Part shown: piece after piece, positions 47,967-58,675 of the stretch
Numbering within the stretch: position 1 is the first letter of the stretch
Layout of the letters: every line of letters starts with the position of its first letter
Assembly: GCA_030167865.1 (NCBI GenBank)
Contig: JALAGF010001131.1
Location: 1-58,675 of the forward strand
Length of the DNA: 58,675 nucleotides
Source of the DNA: Craspedostauros australis
Lineage: Eukaryota
Direction of reading: 5' to 3'
Notes under the pieces: generated by a model
What the model was told of the DNA's origin: nothing
The model's database searches: none
The model's input: only the letters and a program-made list of their open reading frames with translations
Translations under genes and position numbers: made by a program

Positions 47967-48762
47967 TCATGAAGGTGAACGAAAGATCGTGTTTACATAC
48001 ATGCATACATGCATGCATACGTACATATACTGATAGATTCTTGTTCTTGTTAGTCCGCTCGTTTGTATACCTGGCGCTGTTTGGAGCAAGATTGCCACGT
48101 GGCATTTTGTGCGATGGATTGGTATGCTTTGACAATTGCTGTCGAGACTTCGTGATTCGTTTCGTTGCTGCCCTATGGTCCTCTGTACTCGTATGCTGAT
48201 GTGCGCCATTCTCACAAGCACACACAATGAGTCAGCCAACATCGAATGCAGAGTTTGGTTGGAATCATGTCATGTGCCCATGGTGTCCTTTCCATGATCT
48301 ACGGTTCTGGATGCTGGATGATGCTTCATTCAACTATTATACATACGTACGAGTTTGGCATGTATGGTGTATCGTGATTGCTAATCATCTGTCTGGTCTC
48401 AATACGCACATTGCGCTTGACCATCCCTTGCCTTCGTCCGTGAGGTCAATGGTTGCCACCCGTGTCTCGTCTGCAGGAGTCCATGCGGGCCAAAACGTAG
48501 GTAGACGCAAAACTTCAATCCTTCGACGCATCATCTCATCATCCTTGCTTTGGGGAAGAGCAATACTCCATGCCTCTGGTGGTTCTGTCGTAGCCACCGT
48601 CGCACGGTGTTGGTGCAGCTGTGCTTGCCATGCATCCATGTGTTTGAACATGCTTGCAGAATAGAATGGAGTGTACTCTCCAGAGTATAATACGATACTC
48701 GTGCCCTATCCCATTCTCTGCATACACGCATACATGCGCACATCCACGCACCATCACGAAGT

Positions 48763-49083
48763 CTACGACTCGCCGCCTTCGCTCTCGTTCTTCGGTTTCA
48801 TTTTCTGCGCCGAGTACTTGGATGGTGGCGGCGGCAGAATGCCGAACTTGCCCAGCAACCATGACACGCGATCCGACGGCTGCGCACCGACACCCAGCCA
48901 GTACTTGAGACGGTCCGTCTTGAGACGGATCTCCTTCATGCCGGCGCGGTTGGGAATGGGGTTGTAGGTCCCCACGATCTCCAGGAACTTGCCATCGCGT
49001 GGAGCTCTCGCGTTGGCAGCCACCATGCGGTAGAAGGGACGGTGCGTGCGTCCGAATCGTTGCAGACGCAATCGAACAACCAT
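48763..49083 (-). CDS. rps16: Ribosomal protein bS16, probably mitochondrial (106 aa)
   Basis: MVVRLRLQRFGRTHRPFYRMVAANARAPRDGKFLEIVGTYNP...YWLGVGAQPSDRV. No plastid presequence. Confidence 0.96.
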   Translation of the reverse strand: MVVRLRLQRFGRTHRPFYRMVAANARAPRDGKFLEIVGTYNPIPNRAGMKEIRLKTDRLKYWLGVGAQPSDRVSWLLGKFGILPPPPSKYSAQKMKPKNESEGGES

Positions 49084-50094
49084 TGTGGCAGTGAGTGTGG
49101 AGGTCGTGCTGTGTGCACTATTCGTATTCTCCTTGGTATCCGTGCGTCGAAATGGATCTGTTCAGGCTTGCTGCTCTCGGAAACGACCTTGCATGCAAAT
49201 GGTGGTCGCAATGTGCGAGATCTGTTCTTGTGAGGAGACGTGATGGGAGGGATGATGTCTTCATCGATGTGCGGAGTTCGCGAAGCGTCCGTATCCACGC
49301 CAGCACGTGTATTCGTCATGTTGTCTTTGTCGTGATGGAAAAGGGCAAAGAAGATGATTCGATTTGGGTGATTGTGATCGTACTATCGACTCATTCGAAT
49401 CAACTGAGGCCACGCTCTACCGCACGTACTAACATTCTCATGCCACGTACAATTGTGTACCAGTTCTACGGGGCGAGCGCGAACTGCAGGAAGAAATCAA
49501 AATTGAGCAGCAACAACAGCCACCAACAACAGACAAACTTCGAGCAAGGTACGACGACGACCATGGCGGAGACGATGAACGGCACCATGGAAAACGGGGA
49601 GGGAACGGCAGGACGATGACGCGACGCTGGAAAATGAGAGCGTGAAGCGCACGCCATGCGTTGTGTCGTTCGCCGTTCTCCGTGGAGGAATCGACGGCAG
49701 TTGGCGCAAGAACGAGGACTTTCACCTGTTGGCGTCGTAGCCAGCACCATGATGGCGCATGTTTGGATGAAAATGGCAATACGGGACACGCCCGCACATC
49801 CGCGCCCTCAGCATGCTGCAATCACTGACGCAATCTCCTGCCATTCTTCTTCCTTTCATGATGCTTTCGAATCGATGATGTGAACTTGAACACTCTGGAC
49901 AACAAACAAACAAACATTTGATCGACTTCATCAATCGATTGGTGGACCATTGCGCAACAAATGCAACAACCACACGCTGAATCGACCCGCAATGGAAACA
50001 CAAATACGAATACCTTATCGTATCGTGCTGTTGGACAACGAACAGTCGCAAACACTCTCAGTACACCAACACCAACACACACATACTATTAAAG

Positions 50095-50298
50095 ATGGGA
50101 AAGGTACACGGATCTTTGGCACGCGCCGGTAAGGTGAAGGGACAGACACCAAAGGTGGAAGCACAGGACGACAAGAAGAAGATGCCACGAGGCAGAGCCA
50201 AGAAGCGTCTTCAATACAACCGCCGATATGTCAATGTTGTCACCGGACTCGGAGGCAAGCGCGTTGGACCAAACTCGAATGCTGACAAGACCGCCTAA
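50095..50298 (+). CDS. RPS30: 40S ribosomal protein eS30 (67 aa, no ubiquitin-like leader)
   Basis: [21 protein letters not shown]...[19 protein letters not shown]...GPNSN. Confidence 0.98.
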   Translation: MGKVHGSLARAGKVKGQTPKVEAQDDKKKMPRGRAKKRLQYNRRYVNVVTGLGGKRVGPNSNADKTA

Positions 50299-50893
50299 AC
50301 AATAAACATCCCGAATAAAGTAAAGCAATCAAATCAGACCATCATCCAACTGTACCATACTCCCATCAAACGCGGAAGCCTGTGGCGTTGTGGTGCGTTG
50401 CCGAGAGCTTGATCTTTGTCAGTATTGAGAAGTCGGTAAGAACGGGGCTCCAAAGCTTTGCGCCAAAGTTGAGTAGTGGGTGGTGGGCGCATTGTGTGGA
50501 CCCCAGTCGTGTACATGGTTGATACTGACTTTCATCAGCGCTGCTGATTGCTCTCTCTCTCTGGAGAGGAGATTGCGTCTTCGACTTCCAACACCAAGTA
50601 GTCCTGCAATACGCACTCCTTTAGATCATGCGGATTCATCTTACTGGGAACTGTCCGGGTCATGTATGGTAGAATACCATGCGAAGAACAGATAACCAAC
50701 CATTGGTCAGAGTGGTATGATAGTCCAGGACAACTAAAGTACGACGACGTATGTCGTCTTCAATCACAACACCAACCTCACCACCAATAGCTTCATAGCA
50801 AAGAACAATCTATTATAACACTCAACGAGTTGTACGGATAGTCACGATGATAACTATGGCCACCAACCACAATCACACCATCGTGGCGCCACT

Positions 50894-52552
50894 TCACGTC
50901 GGCGACTTCTTGTCATCGGCAGGCGCCGCACACTGGATGCGACGAATCAATTCGCTGGTGGACAGACCCTCCGTACGCGGCAGAGGCCAGGCGATGCCCA
51001 TCTCTCGCGGCACGCGGTAATAGGGATCGTCCTTGGGGTTGGGATACCGTTCCAGGTACTCCATGCCGTAGGCCACGACATGGATCTGATGCTCATCGAG
51101 GAACTCCTTCGTGAGGCCGAAGCAGGGGCAGTTGGGTATGACCTTGGTGACGGCCTTGCAGGCATTGACCTCGGCGCAACGTTCGTCGTGCGTCATGATG
51201 GGCGGGCGCTTGTAGGCCTGGGCGTCGGCATCGCCCACGACGCCGACGAAGAGACGGTTGCCGTGCTGCAGGGCCTTTTGGAAGAGATTCTTGTGGCCGA
51301 CGTGGCACAGATCGTAAACGCCGTCGCAGTAGACGTTGCGACACGTGGTGAGCAAGGGCATGTTGAGGTAGGCGCTGAGGTCGGCAAACACGGCGATGTA
51401 GTACACCACGCAGAGGGTGAGGATGGTGGTGTGGCTGAGGACCGTGGCCATGGACATGAGGCAGACCCAGGGGTGGAGCTCGCGGCCCGCCATCTTGGAT
51501 AACGTGACGTCGGAGGTGAGGACGGCAAGGAAGAATCCATCGCAGATGACATCTCCAACCGTGCTCGTCGATGCGATGCCGAGATGGAAGAGCACTGCCG
51601 GCACGAATCGCATGAGCAGACTGGCGCTGAGACCGAACCGCGACCAACCGTGCGGACTCTGCAGCATGAGACACCTGGTGACGGCGATGATGTAGATGGT
51701 GTAGTACGTGTACATAGCCAGCAGATGCTCCTCGCTGCGGAAGAGATCCAGCTGGGACGACAGCGTGGACGTCGACGTCGCCAATGACGCGGGTATTATG
51801 AGATTGACCAGCGTCATGATGGCATTGATGCAATGCTGCAGGACCGCAGCGTAGATGTCCTGCAGCCAATCCAACCCCAGAGTGGCACGCACGGCCAGCA
51901 GCGCGACGGCCATGAGAATGACCTCGCCAGGCCCTGCGAGGACGTTGTACCGCAGCCCCGCATGCCGATGGAAGGCGCTGAGGTGCTTGAGGAAGAGCAC
52001 CAGCTGCGAGATCTGAACGGAGTACCACTGCGTCTCGACCGACACCCCACCCAGGCAGTAGACCGTGAGGATGGAGAGGAAGACGGTGGCGCCGGCATCG
52101 CAGGAGTACTTGAAGAGCTCCCCCAAAGCCGTTCGCTGCCTCATGTTGTCGGCATGGATGTTGCAGATGGAATTGGCGATCCAGAACGTGATGATGCTAA
52201 CCACGGCCAGCCACGTGCAGGCGGTGGGATAGTCATCGCCGTACGCGTTGACGAGGTACCATGCATGGCCCAATGACAGCGGACCGTAGAGCGCCACCAC
52301 GTTGGGTGCCACCGTGTGTGGCAGGAAGGTGGCCAGGTACTGGAACAAGGGGTCCATGAGCTGGTTCGTCAACGACCGATTCTTCACATCTTCGCGCCAA
52401 TTGGAGAACGTGAGCTTTTCTGGTGTTGTGAGGAACAGCTCCAACCAGCCCTCCGTCGTGCGGTTCATCGCGTTGGGGCCGCCATGGTCGCTCATGCTGC
52501 GGATGCTGCCGCTGCTTGAGTAGGCGGATACGATGGAGTCCTGCGGAGGCAT
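50894..52552 (-). CDS. Fusion of a degenerate CDP-alcohol phosphotransferase (CPT/EPT-like) domain and a choline/ethanolamine-phosphate cytidylyltransferase domain (552 aa)
   Basis: N-terminal LPHTVAPNVVALYG, ...TALGELFKYSCD and many transmembrane segments. C-terminal VYCDGVYDLCHVGH, YKRPPIMTHDER and RTEGLSTSELIRRI. Confidence 0.9.
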   Translation of the reverse strand: MPPQDSIVSAYSSSGSIRSMSDHGGPNAMNRTTEGWLELFLTTPEKLTFSNWREDVKNRSLTNQLMDPLFQYLATFLPHTVAPNVVALYGPLSLGHAWYLVNAYGDDYPTACTWLAVVSIITFWIANSICNIHADNMRQRTALGELFKYSCDAGATVFLSILTVYCLGGVSVETQWYSVQISQLVLFLKHLSAFHRHAGLRYNVLAGPGEVILMAVALLAVRATLGLDWLQDIYAAVLQHCINAIMTLVNLIIPASLATSTSTLSSQLDLFRSEEHLLAMYTYYTIYIIAVTRCLMLQSPHGWSRFGLSASLLMRFVPAVLFHLGIASTSTVGDVICDGFFLAVLTSDVTLSKMAGRELHPWVCLMSMATVLSHTTILTLCVVYYIAVFADLSAYLNMPLLTTCRNVYCDGVYDLCHVGHKNLFQKALQHGNRLFVGVVGDADAQAYKRPPIMTHDERCAEVNACKAVTKVIPNCPCFGLTKEFLDEHQIHVVAYGMEYLERYPNPKDDPYYRVPREMGIAWPLPRTEGLSTSELIRRIQCAAPADDKKSPT

Positions 52553-52619
52553 GTCGTCAGAGTCAATTGCCGATGGCAGGTTCTCTGGTTGTTGCCAGTT
52601 TTGTGACTGCTCTGCGTCT

Positions 52620-52653
52620 CTATTCTGTGCCTATTCTGTGCCTATTCTGTGCC
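52620..52653. repeat. 11-bp tandem repeat CTATTCTGTGC x3
   Basis: ctattctgtgc ctattctgtgc ctattctgtgc about 70 nt upstream of the ATG at 52552. Confidence 0.85.
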
Positions 52654-53390
52654 TGTGGATGTGTTTGCGGTCGTAACGGGAGTTGCAGTTGCATCTTTGA
52701 GTTTTGCGTTCTGTATTGGGGCATTGGGATCCCCTTTTTGCTCGTCTCTCTGTGACGATACTCGTGCTTTGTTGTTCCTTCTTCACTCACCTCATCTCCC
52801 ACTCACTTGGACAAACCAGGAAGCAGTCATTTGTTGCTGAGATTATTGGTGGCGTCGAGTACCGCGTCGTTCTGTTCCGTGAGATCACGATTTTTGAAAC
52901 ATGCGAATTGACCACATCGACTCCATTTGCACCCAACGGCTCTGCTACGGTTACGGCAGTTATTATTCTCGCGAAATTGGGACATCGCGGACCTGTGACC
53001 ATGTGTATCGTCATTCATTCACATGCCAATGATCGTGCATGCCTTGTAACACCAACACACACAAACATGTCACCAAGCCAGTTTTGGACCCTCGTGTGCG
53101 AAGCCGAACAATGACGCAAACAACACCAACACCAACACCAACAACGTCAATGTCAACAACACATGATTTGGTTGTGCTCCTCCCTTAATTCGATCTTTGC
53201 AGACCACACAGATCGAATCCAATCCAGCCATCGACGTCAACAGCAGCCCAGAAACGACTGCATACCACACTCGTTGAGCAGAACATCGCGAGTTTCTTCA
53301 TTCAACAACAACAACAGCAACGGCAACAGCAACAACACATCACTCTACCAAAACTCTACTGCCTATTATACAACTTAGGAACAAGCAAAA

Positions 53391-54837
53391 ATGACAGTGG
53401 AACAATCCAAGATCCTGACGGCCGAAACCGTCCCAGCGTACTTGAAGCCATTCCTGGCCAAGGAACTCAAGGACGTCTTCCCACCAACAGCCAACAGCGG
53501 CAGCAGCAGCGATGGAGACGACGCCGCCAGCACGCAGCTCACGGCCACCGCCATCCAAGGCGGCAACGTCAATTACGCCTTCTGCATCACATCCTCCGCC
53601 CATCCCGACACGAAGGTCTTCATCAAGCAGGCCCCGGAATTCGTTGCCATCTTCGGGCCTGATGGATTCCCCTTGACGTCCGAACGCATGCAACAGGAGA
53701 TGGACGTGTACGACGAATGGAGGCAATTGCTGGGAGCCAAGGCCTCCACGTACTTGCCCACCATCCACTTCTTCGATCGTTCCAATATGGTACGTTCCAA
53801 GCATGCTGCAATTGGACGACGGTGATCGCAAAACGTACATGCGTGTATATTGGTACATGCATGATCAATCGCAACAACTCATTTTTCTGTGTTCATTTTC
53901 ACATTCATGGCGAATCCGCGGCACTCATTTGCTCACTGTGATCACATCGTATCACATCACATCGCAGGTAGTCTGCATGGAATTCTTTGATGGATTCGAA
54001 CTGCTGGACCACGTCCTGGTGGATCCCAGCATGTCCACAATGGTCACACCCGAATGCGATCTCAAGATTGCCGAGGGGCTGGGCGAGTTCATGGGCCTCA
54101 CCCATGCCAAGACGCATTGCGACAAATTGCCATCCGACGAACGCAAGCAGTACCTCGTCCAGCATTACGAGAACCGTGCCATGCGGGATGTGCAGCTGGA
54201 GTTCGTCTTCACCAAATGCTACAAGGAGGCCACTGATGAACAACGCGCCGGACTCACGCTGACGGATGAATTCATGAAGGAGGTGGAGCTGCTCAAGCAA
54301 CAGTACGATGGAAAGTCGGTTGAGGGGCACGCGCAGAATCTCGTCCTGTGTCACGGCGACCTGCATCCAGGATCCGTCATGGTAGACAAGAGCACGGGCA
54401 CCGTCAAGGTCATCGATCCGGAATTCACCGTGTACGGGCCACCGGGATTGGATGTCGGTTCGCTGTTGTCGGGATATTGTCTGGGCGCGATCCATCAGGC
54501 CTATTCCGACAACCCCGATGCAGTGCAGCGCATCGTGGATAGCGCCAGAGCTATTTGGGATGCATACGTCGTCGGATTGAAGGCAGGTGGAATGGACAAG
54601 GACGACGATGCTATCAAGGCGATTGAGATCGAGACGGTCGGTTTCACCGTCGCGGAAGTGTGCCGCACGGCGTTGGAGTTTGCCGGTGGACGCAAGTGGC
54701 TGCAATTCGAGGATTCCGACGTCAAGGCTACCGCGAACAAGGCGGCGTTGATTTTGGTGGAAAAGTGCATGATCGCACGCCATCAAGGCGGTATCGAATT
54801 GATGTTCCAAGAGCTGGTCAGTGTCGCCAAGAAATAA
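53391..54837 (+). CDS. 5-methylthioribose-kinase-like (APH/choline-kinase fold) kinase; exons 53391-53789 and 53968-54837 (422 aa)
   Basis: GGNVNYAF, IKQAPEF, FPLTSERM..E, HGDLHPGS and VIDPEF..YGPPG.DVG. Phase-0 intron ATG|GTACGT...CGCAG|GTA. Confidence 0.88.
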
Positions 54838-55173
54838 GAGTGAAACATCGACGATGTATCAGCCGAATAGCGGTTACGGTGACATCTCCGACGAGTGTAG
54901 CAATCCTGTGATGCACGTGTCATAGAACATTGTTGGTTTCACAACTCCCTTCCTGGCGTTACCCCAAACGAGCATGCTATCATCAGAACCAATGCGACAT
55001 TGTTCATACATGCAGCAAACCATACCGCGCCGTGCCGCGCCATACTGTATTAGTGCATACTTGTCCGACCGAACAAGAGCAGCTGCATATCGCCAGACAC
55101 CAATGCAAGCAACGACGCAGGCACGGCTTTCGCCACCATAATAATCCATCTATATGTGGTACTCAATTCTTGC

Positions 55174-58100
55174 TTACTTCCGCAGCAGCATCTCAACCTT
55201 CTTGTTCGCTCCCCATTCTTTGTACAGACCGATGGACGCTTTCAGATGCTTCGCTGCCTTCTCTTCCTCTCCTCTGCTCGCATAGAACGCGGAGTACCTC
55301 TCGTTCGCGAGGGCTTGGTCGTGGGTATACTTTCGTCGCTGCATCTCCTTAATACCCGCTTCGTAACGCTCGATCGCTTTCTTACCTCTCTTCTTCAGGA
55401 AGCTCTCTTCCGCCTCCAGCAGCGTAATGTAGTGCGAGCAGTTTGGATTGCCTTTCTTCTTCCACCTCTTCAATATCTTCATGAACTTGCGGGCGTGCTT
55501 GGTGTAGTACGATGGTTTGCATTCGTGGGCCATGCACAAGCAGCAAAACGCACATCGGAATAGTATTGGATACAGCAGACCACTGGATGGCATTTCTTTG
55601 AGCCACTCGAGGCCGGATTGGATTGCGATCTGAGATCCCAGCTCATACTCACCAAAGCATGTCGCAAGGTACAGCTGGAAAATGCTCTTCATCCGATTCT
55701 GCGCGCTTTTCATTGAATGGTCGTCCTCGTACACCTCCTTTGTTTCATCGTATGCATCCCCAATAAGTTTCGTCGTGTGGTTGGAGGCACCTCGAAGGTT
55801 CAAGACGGCCTGCCAGATGATCAAAGATAAATGATATTGAGCGTTTTGCTGGTAGTCTCTCATTGTGTTGGTATGCAACAACGCCTCGTTGTCAAGCGGG
55901 GCGAGCGGCTTCCCTACCAGCGTACCTGTCGCAAGGCGAGCGTACAAGCTCCAAGTTGCTGATTCCACATCGCCAGTCGACATTCCTATTCTGGACACCT
56001 CCACAACTGCCTCAAGAGAATCCTCAAGCGGATGCCTCCACGGGTACAGCAATGTGTGGTAGAACAGTTGAATCTTCGCATCCAGACTGCGATCATCCGA
56101 TGCCTTGGCAATCCTGATGGCCAGCCTCCCGCATCTATATGCCAAGTCAATATCCTCGAGAAGGAAAGCAACGAGAATACCCTGAAAGGCTAAAGTGGGT
56201 GCGGAATATATCGTGATTCCTTGCTTCGAGCTCACCTTCAATGCTTTCGCTGTGATCACAGGGATCAACTCTGGGGCATTCACGTATGATGTCATGCTCA
56301 ACTTGTCCAATGTCTTCATGATGGCTTGGTGATGCTCGTCATTCGACAACGAGAGGCTGTGCTCCATCTCTGCTTCCAACCGTCGGATTGTGCTCTTCGC
56401 TCTCATCAAGCCTCGGAGGATGTACATCGCTCGACCAAGGCTCGATGTCGGAAAAGTGCAACCAAGCTGCGACAGCAGGTCCAGGCACCTATCCACAGGC
56501 CCTTCTCCGCTGGTACCATTCGTTTCAGCAGAGGCCACACCAATCAGCACGTGGTGTGCTCGCACTTTCATCAGCATGTCGCAGTCCTGATTGATGATGA
56601 TCTTGCAGTACGATTGTGCCTTGGCGAAGCTGGTGGTCATGAAATGGATCTCTGCTGCCGATGAATACAGCTCGAGGCTCTGTTCCGATGAGGTTTCCCA
56701 GTGATCATCTGGAAGGAGATTGATCGCCATGTCGAAGTATGAAGATGCCAGATGGAAGGCTGATGCATTGGCGGCCTGTTGGCCCGCCTTGTGATTGAGC
56801 AGGATGATCTTCATGCGACGATCCAGCTTCCGATGGGTGGGCATGAGATCGGGTCTTGTGTTGAGGAGATTCGTGATCATGAAGATCTTGTCATTGAGCT
56901 CGTCATCCGACAGCGCGTACAGCAGGATCTCGCCAACACGATACTTGAGCTCCGAGAGCTGGTCTTCGGTTGGGATCATGGACAGCGCGGCTTCTTGGAC
57001 CTTGTCGTGGATGAAGGAGTATTGGAGGGATTTGGATCGCTTCGTGTTGGCGTTTGCGTTTGCGGTTGCGTTTGCAGTCGTGCTCTTGTTTGTGCTGGAC
57101 ATCCTGCGGGAGCCATCATCGGTTGAGGTGAGGCTGCTTGTACGAGCACGTGATGATTTGACCTTCTCGATCAATGCTTCCGAGCAGAATGTCTTGAGCA
57201 TGCTCATGATCTCTGTCTCCTTCGTCATCTTGGTGACTTGGAACACCTTGCGGAAGAACTTGGAGTGACTGGAATGGATGAAGAGGCCCATGGTGACAGC
57301 GCAGACATGCGAAGCAGAGAACGTGGCTCCTAGACAAGCTGCGATGGACAGCACCCAGTGCTTGGAGGCGGACTTTCGAAGTCTCATCTTCATGAGGTCT
57401 ATGATGGTGTCACCCAAAACCTCTGAGTCGGAAGTGATTGTATTGATGTCCCAGATCCAAGCTGGTGGGCGACTGGCATCGTTCGCTGCTGCTCCTGCTG
57501 TTGCTCCTGCCGACGGGAGTATGGTCTGGACGATGAGACCGTCCATGACGAGCGAGTCGAGGTACTGCTGGATGAAGAACATGTTGCCTCCAGTCTTGGC
57601 ATGTACGATCTGCGCCAGCGGCATCAAGTGCGCAAGCGATGGTTCAGCTTCGGAATGGTCGGTGTCAATATGCATTTGACAGTCGGGATGATCACCTTCA
57701 TCTTCCTGGTGCGAAGATACCTGAAAGAGTCGCTGTAGGTACGCAGCCACTTCATCCACGCTCAAGTCCTCAACAGAGAGCTTGATGATCCGGATGGACC
57801 GCTCTCTTTTGGATTCCTCCAATGATACCAGCGTCGCCTTGAGAGCCTGATTCACATCCAACATGTTGGAGCGATACAGGCCGATGATGATCAATGAGGC
57901 ACTGCAGCTATCCAGCAGCCAGGACTGGATGAGATCGAGTGATGTTCGATCGGTCCACTGCAGATCATCGATGACCATCACGACTGGACAGTAGCTGCAC
58001 AGTATCTGCATGAACCTGCGCAGTACGTAGGTGACTCGTTGTGTGTGGCTCTTGTAGTCGATGGAAGATCTTCCCCCTGCAGAAAGGCTGAAGGTTGAGA

Positions 58101-58675
58101 CAGAGATAGACTCGTTGTGGACATCTTGGTGTGATGTGGACGGGTTGGATGATTTTGCGAGCCCGACGTTGATACCTCCACCAACCTGCTGGGATGGTGT
58201 CACTGTTTTTATCATCTCGATGTTTGGGATGACGTGAGAAAGCAGTTCCGTCTCCGTTGCTGTCAATCCTTTCGACACCAACGATGCAAGCGTCTCTTGC
58301 TTGACTTCGGAGCCCTGCCTGCTTGGATGACAGTCTGTTGAGGTGTCGAGTTCTTCCTGAATCCTGCCGGCCACTTGCTCACAGAGTTCCATCATGGCTG
58401 GTTGGATGCCGGAGTACGGGACGCCCTCCTTCTTGGTCGATAGTTCACATTTTCCTGTCGCGAAGAAGCCACGAAAGGGTGTGTTCGTATCCACACCACC
58501 ATGGTTGCCCTCGTGTGGATTATCGAGGCTGTCCGTGCGGCCCAGCAGACGTTTGCGCGCTTCCTCGATGAGGGCCGACTTGCCGCTTCCCGATTGGCCA
58601 GAGACCAACACCAAGGATCGGATCTGGGCTCGGATACCATCTGGTGATGGTGATATTGTTGCTAGTTCTGAAGAT
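55174..58675 (-). CDS. STAND/AAA_16 P-loop ATPase with C-terminal helical (TPR-like) repeats; 5' end lies outside the window
   Basis: Walker A GQSGSGKS, FFATGK, Walker B VMVIDDLQWTD, TGGNMFF, YSFIHDKVQEAA, and C-terminal GNPNC...HDQALANER...YKEWGA..KV. The frame stays open to the window edge. Confidence 0.9.
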   Translation of the reverse strand, partial: SSELATISPSPDGIRAQIRSLVLVSGQSGSGKSALIEEARKRLLGRTDSLDNPHEGNHGGVDTNTPFRGFFATGKCELSTKKEGVPYSGIQPAMMELCEQVAGRIQEELDTSTDCHPSRQGSEVKQETLASLVSKGLTATETELLSHVIPNIEMIKTVTPSQQVGGGINVGLAKSSNPSTSHQDVHNESISVSTFSLSAGGRSSIDYKSHTQRVTYVLRRFMQILCSYCPVVMVIDDLQWTDRTSLDLIQSWLLDSCSASLIIIGLYRSNMLDVNQALKATLVSLEESKRERSIRIIKLSVEDLSVDEVAAYLQRLFQVSSHQEDEGDHPDCQMHIDTDHSEAEPSLAHLMPLAQIVHAKTGGNMFFIQQYLDSLVMDGLIVQTILPSAGATAGAAANDASRPPAWIWDINTITSDSEVLGDTIIDLMKMRLRKSASKHWVLSIAACLGATFSASHVCAVTMGLFIHSSHSKFFRKVFQVTKMTKETEIMSMLKTFCSEALIEKVKSSRARTSSLTSTDDGSRRMSSTNKSTTANATANANANTKRSKSLQYSFIHDKVQEAALSMIPTEDQLSELKYRVGEILLYALSDDELNDKIFMITNLLNTRPDLMPTHRKLDRRMKIILLNHKAGQQAANASAFHLASSYFDMAINLLPDDHWETSSEQSLELYSSAAEIHFMTTSFAKAQSYCKIIINQDCDMLMKVRAHHVLIGVASAETNGTSGEGPVDRCLDLLSQLGCTFPTSSLGRAMYILRGLMRAKSTIRRLEAEMEHSLSLSNDEHHQAIMKTLDKLSMTSYVNAPELIPVITAKALKVSSKQGITIYSAPTLAFQGILVAFLLEDIDLAYRCGRLAIRIAKASDDRSLDAKIQLFYHTLLYPWRHPLEDSLEAVVEVSRIGMSTGDVESATWSLYARLATGTLVGKPLAPLDNEALLHTNTMRDYQQNAQYHLSLIIWQAVLNLRGASNHTTKLIGDAYDETKEVYEDDHSMKSAQNRMKSIFQLYLATCFGEYELGSQIAIQSGLEWLKEMPSSGLLYPILFRCAFCCLCMAHECKPSYYTKHARKFMKILKRWKKKGNPNCSHYITLLEAEESFLKKRGKKAIERYEAGIKEMQRRKYTHDQALANERYSAFYASRGEEEKAAKHLKASIGLYKEWGANKKVEMLLRK

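Noticed and set aside
53905-54810. 301-aa minus-strand ORF
   Set aside because: Antisense shadow of the kinase exon 2.
1-58675. Bacterial contig or contamination, suggested by VOC, DUF1800/1501, bS16 and STAND genes
   Set aside because: Spliceosomal introns (including one in the DUF1800-DUF1501 gene), eS30, SEC11 and ASAFAP presequences show eukaryotic nuclear DNA.

Overview
Eukaryotic nuclear DNA, most likely from a diatom. Support: GT-AG introns, an ASAFAP bipartite plastid presequence, eS30, SEC11, and diatom-typical families (DUF6824 protein, DUF1800-DUF1501 fusion, STAND ATPase). I can support about 17 protein-coding genes, six of them reconstructed by hand across seven introns. In order: two unknown proteins, SEC11, a CRAL-TRIO-like/DUF6824 protein, a 3-exon Gfo/Idh/MocA-like oxidoreductase, a Ser/Pro-rich protein, a thylakoid-lumen protein, a CRTISO-like enzyme, a VOC-DUF1289 fusion, a UIM/zinc-finger protein, a REC114/PHS1-like protein, a ~2200-aa DUF1800-DUF1501 fusion, an LCAT/LPLA2-like lipase, bS16, eS30, a degenerate CDP-alcohol phosphotransferase-cytidylyltransferase fusion, an MTR-kinase-like kinase, and a 5'-truncated STAND ATPase. 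Best leads: (1) a candidate diatom REC114/PHS1 meiotic protein; (2) a head-to-head kinase plus cytidylyltransferase/phosphotransferase pair resembling a compact Kennedy/Lic-type pathway with altered catalytic motifs; (3) a plastid-type VOC-DUF1289 fusion; (4) the membrane-anchored DUF1800-DUF1501 fusion; (5) a UIM plus LSD1-type zinc-finger protein. All family calls come from recalled motifs, not from database searches. I saw no RNA genes, CRISPR arrays or clear transposons.
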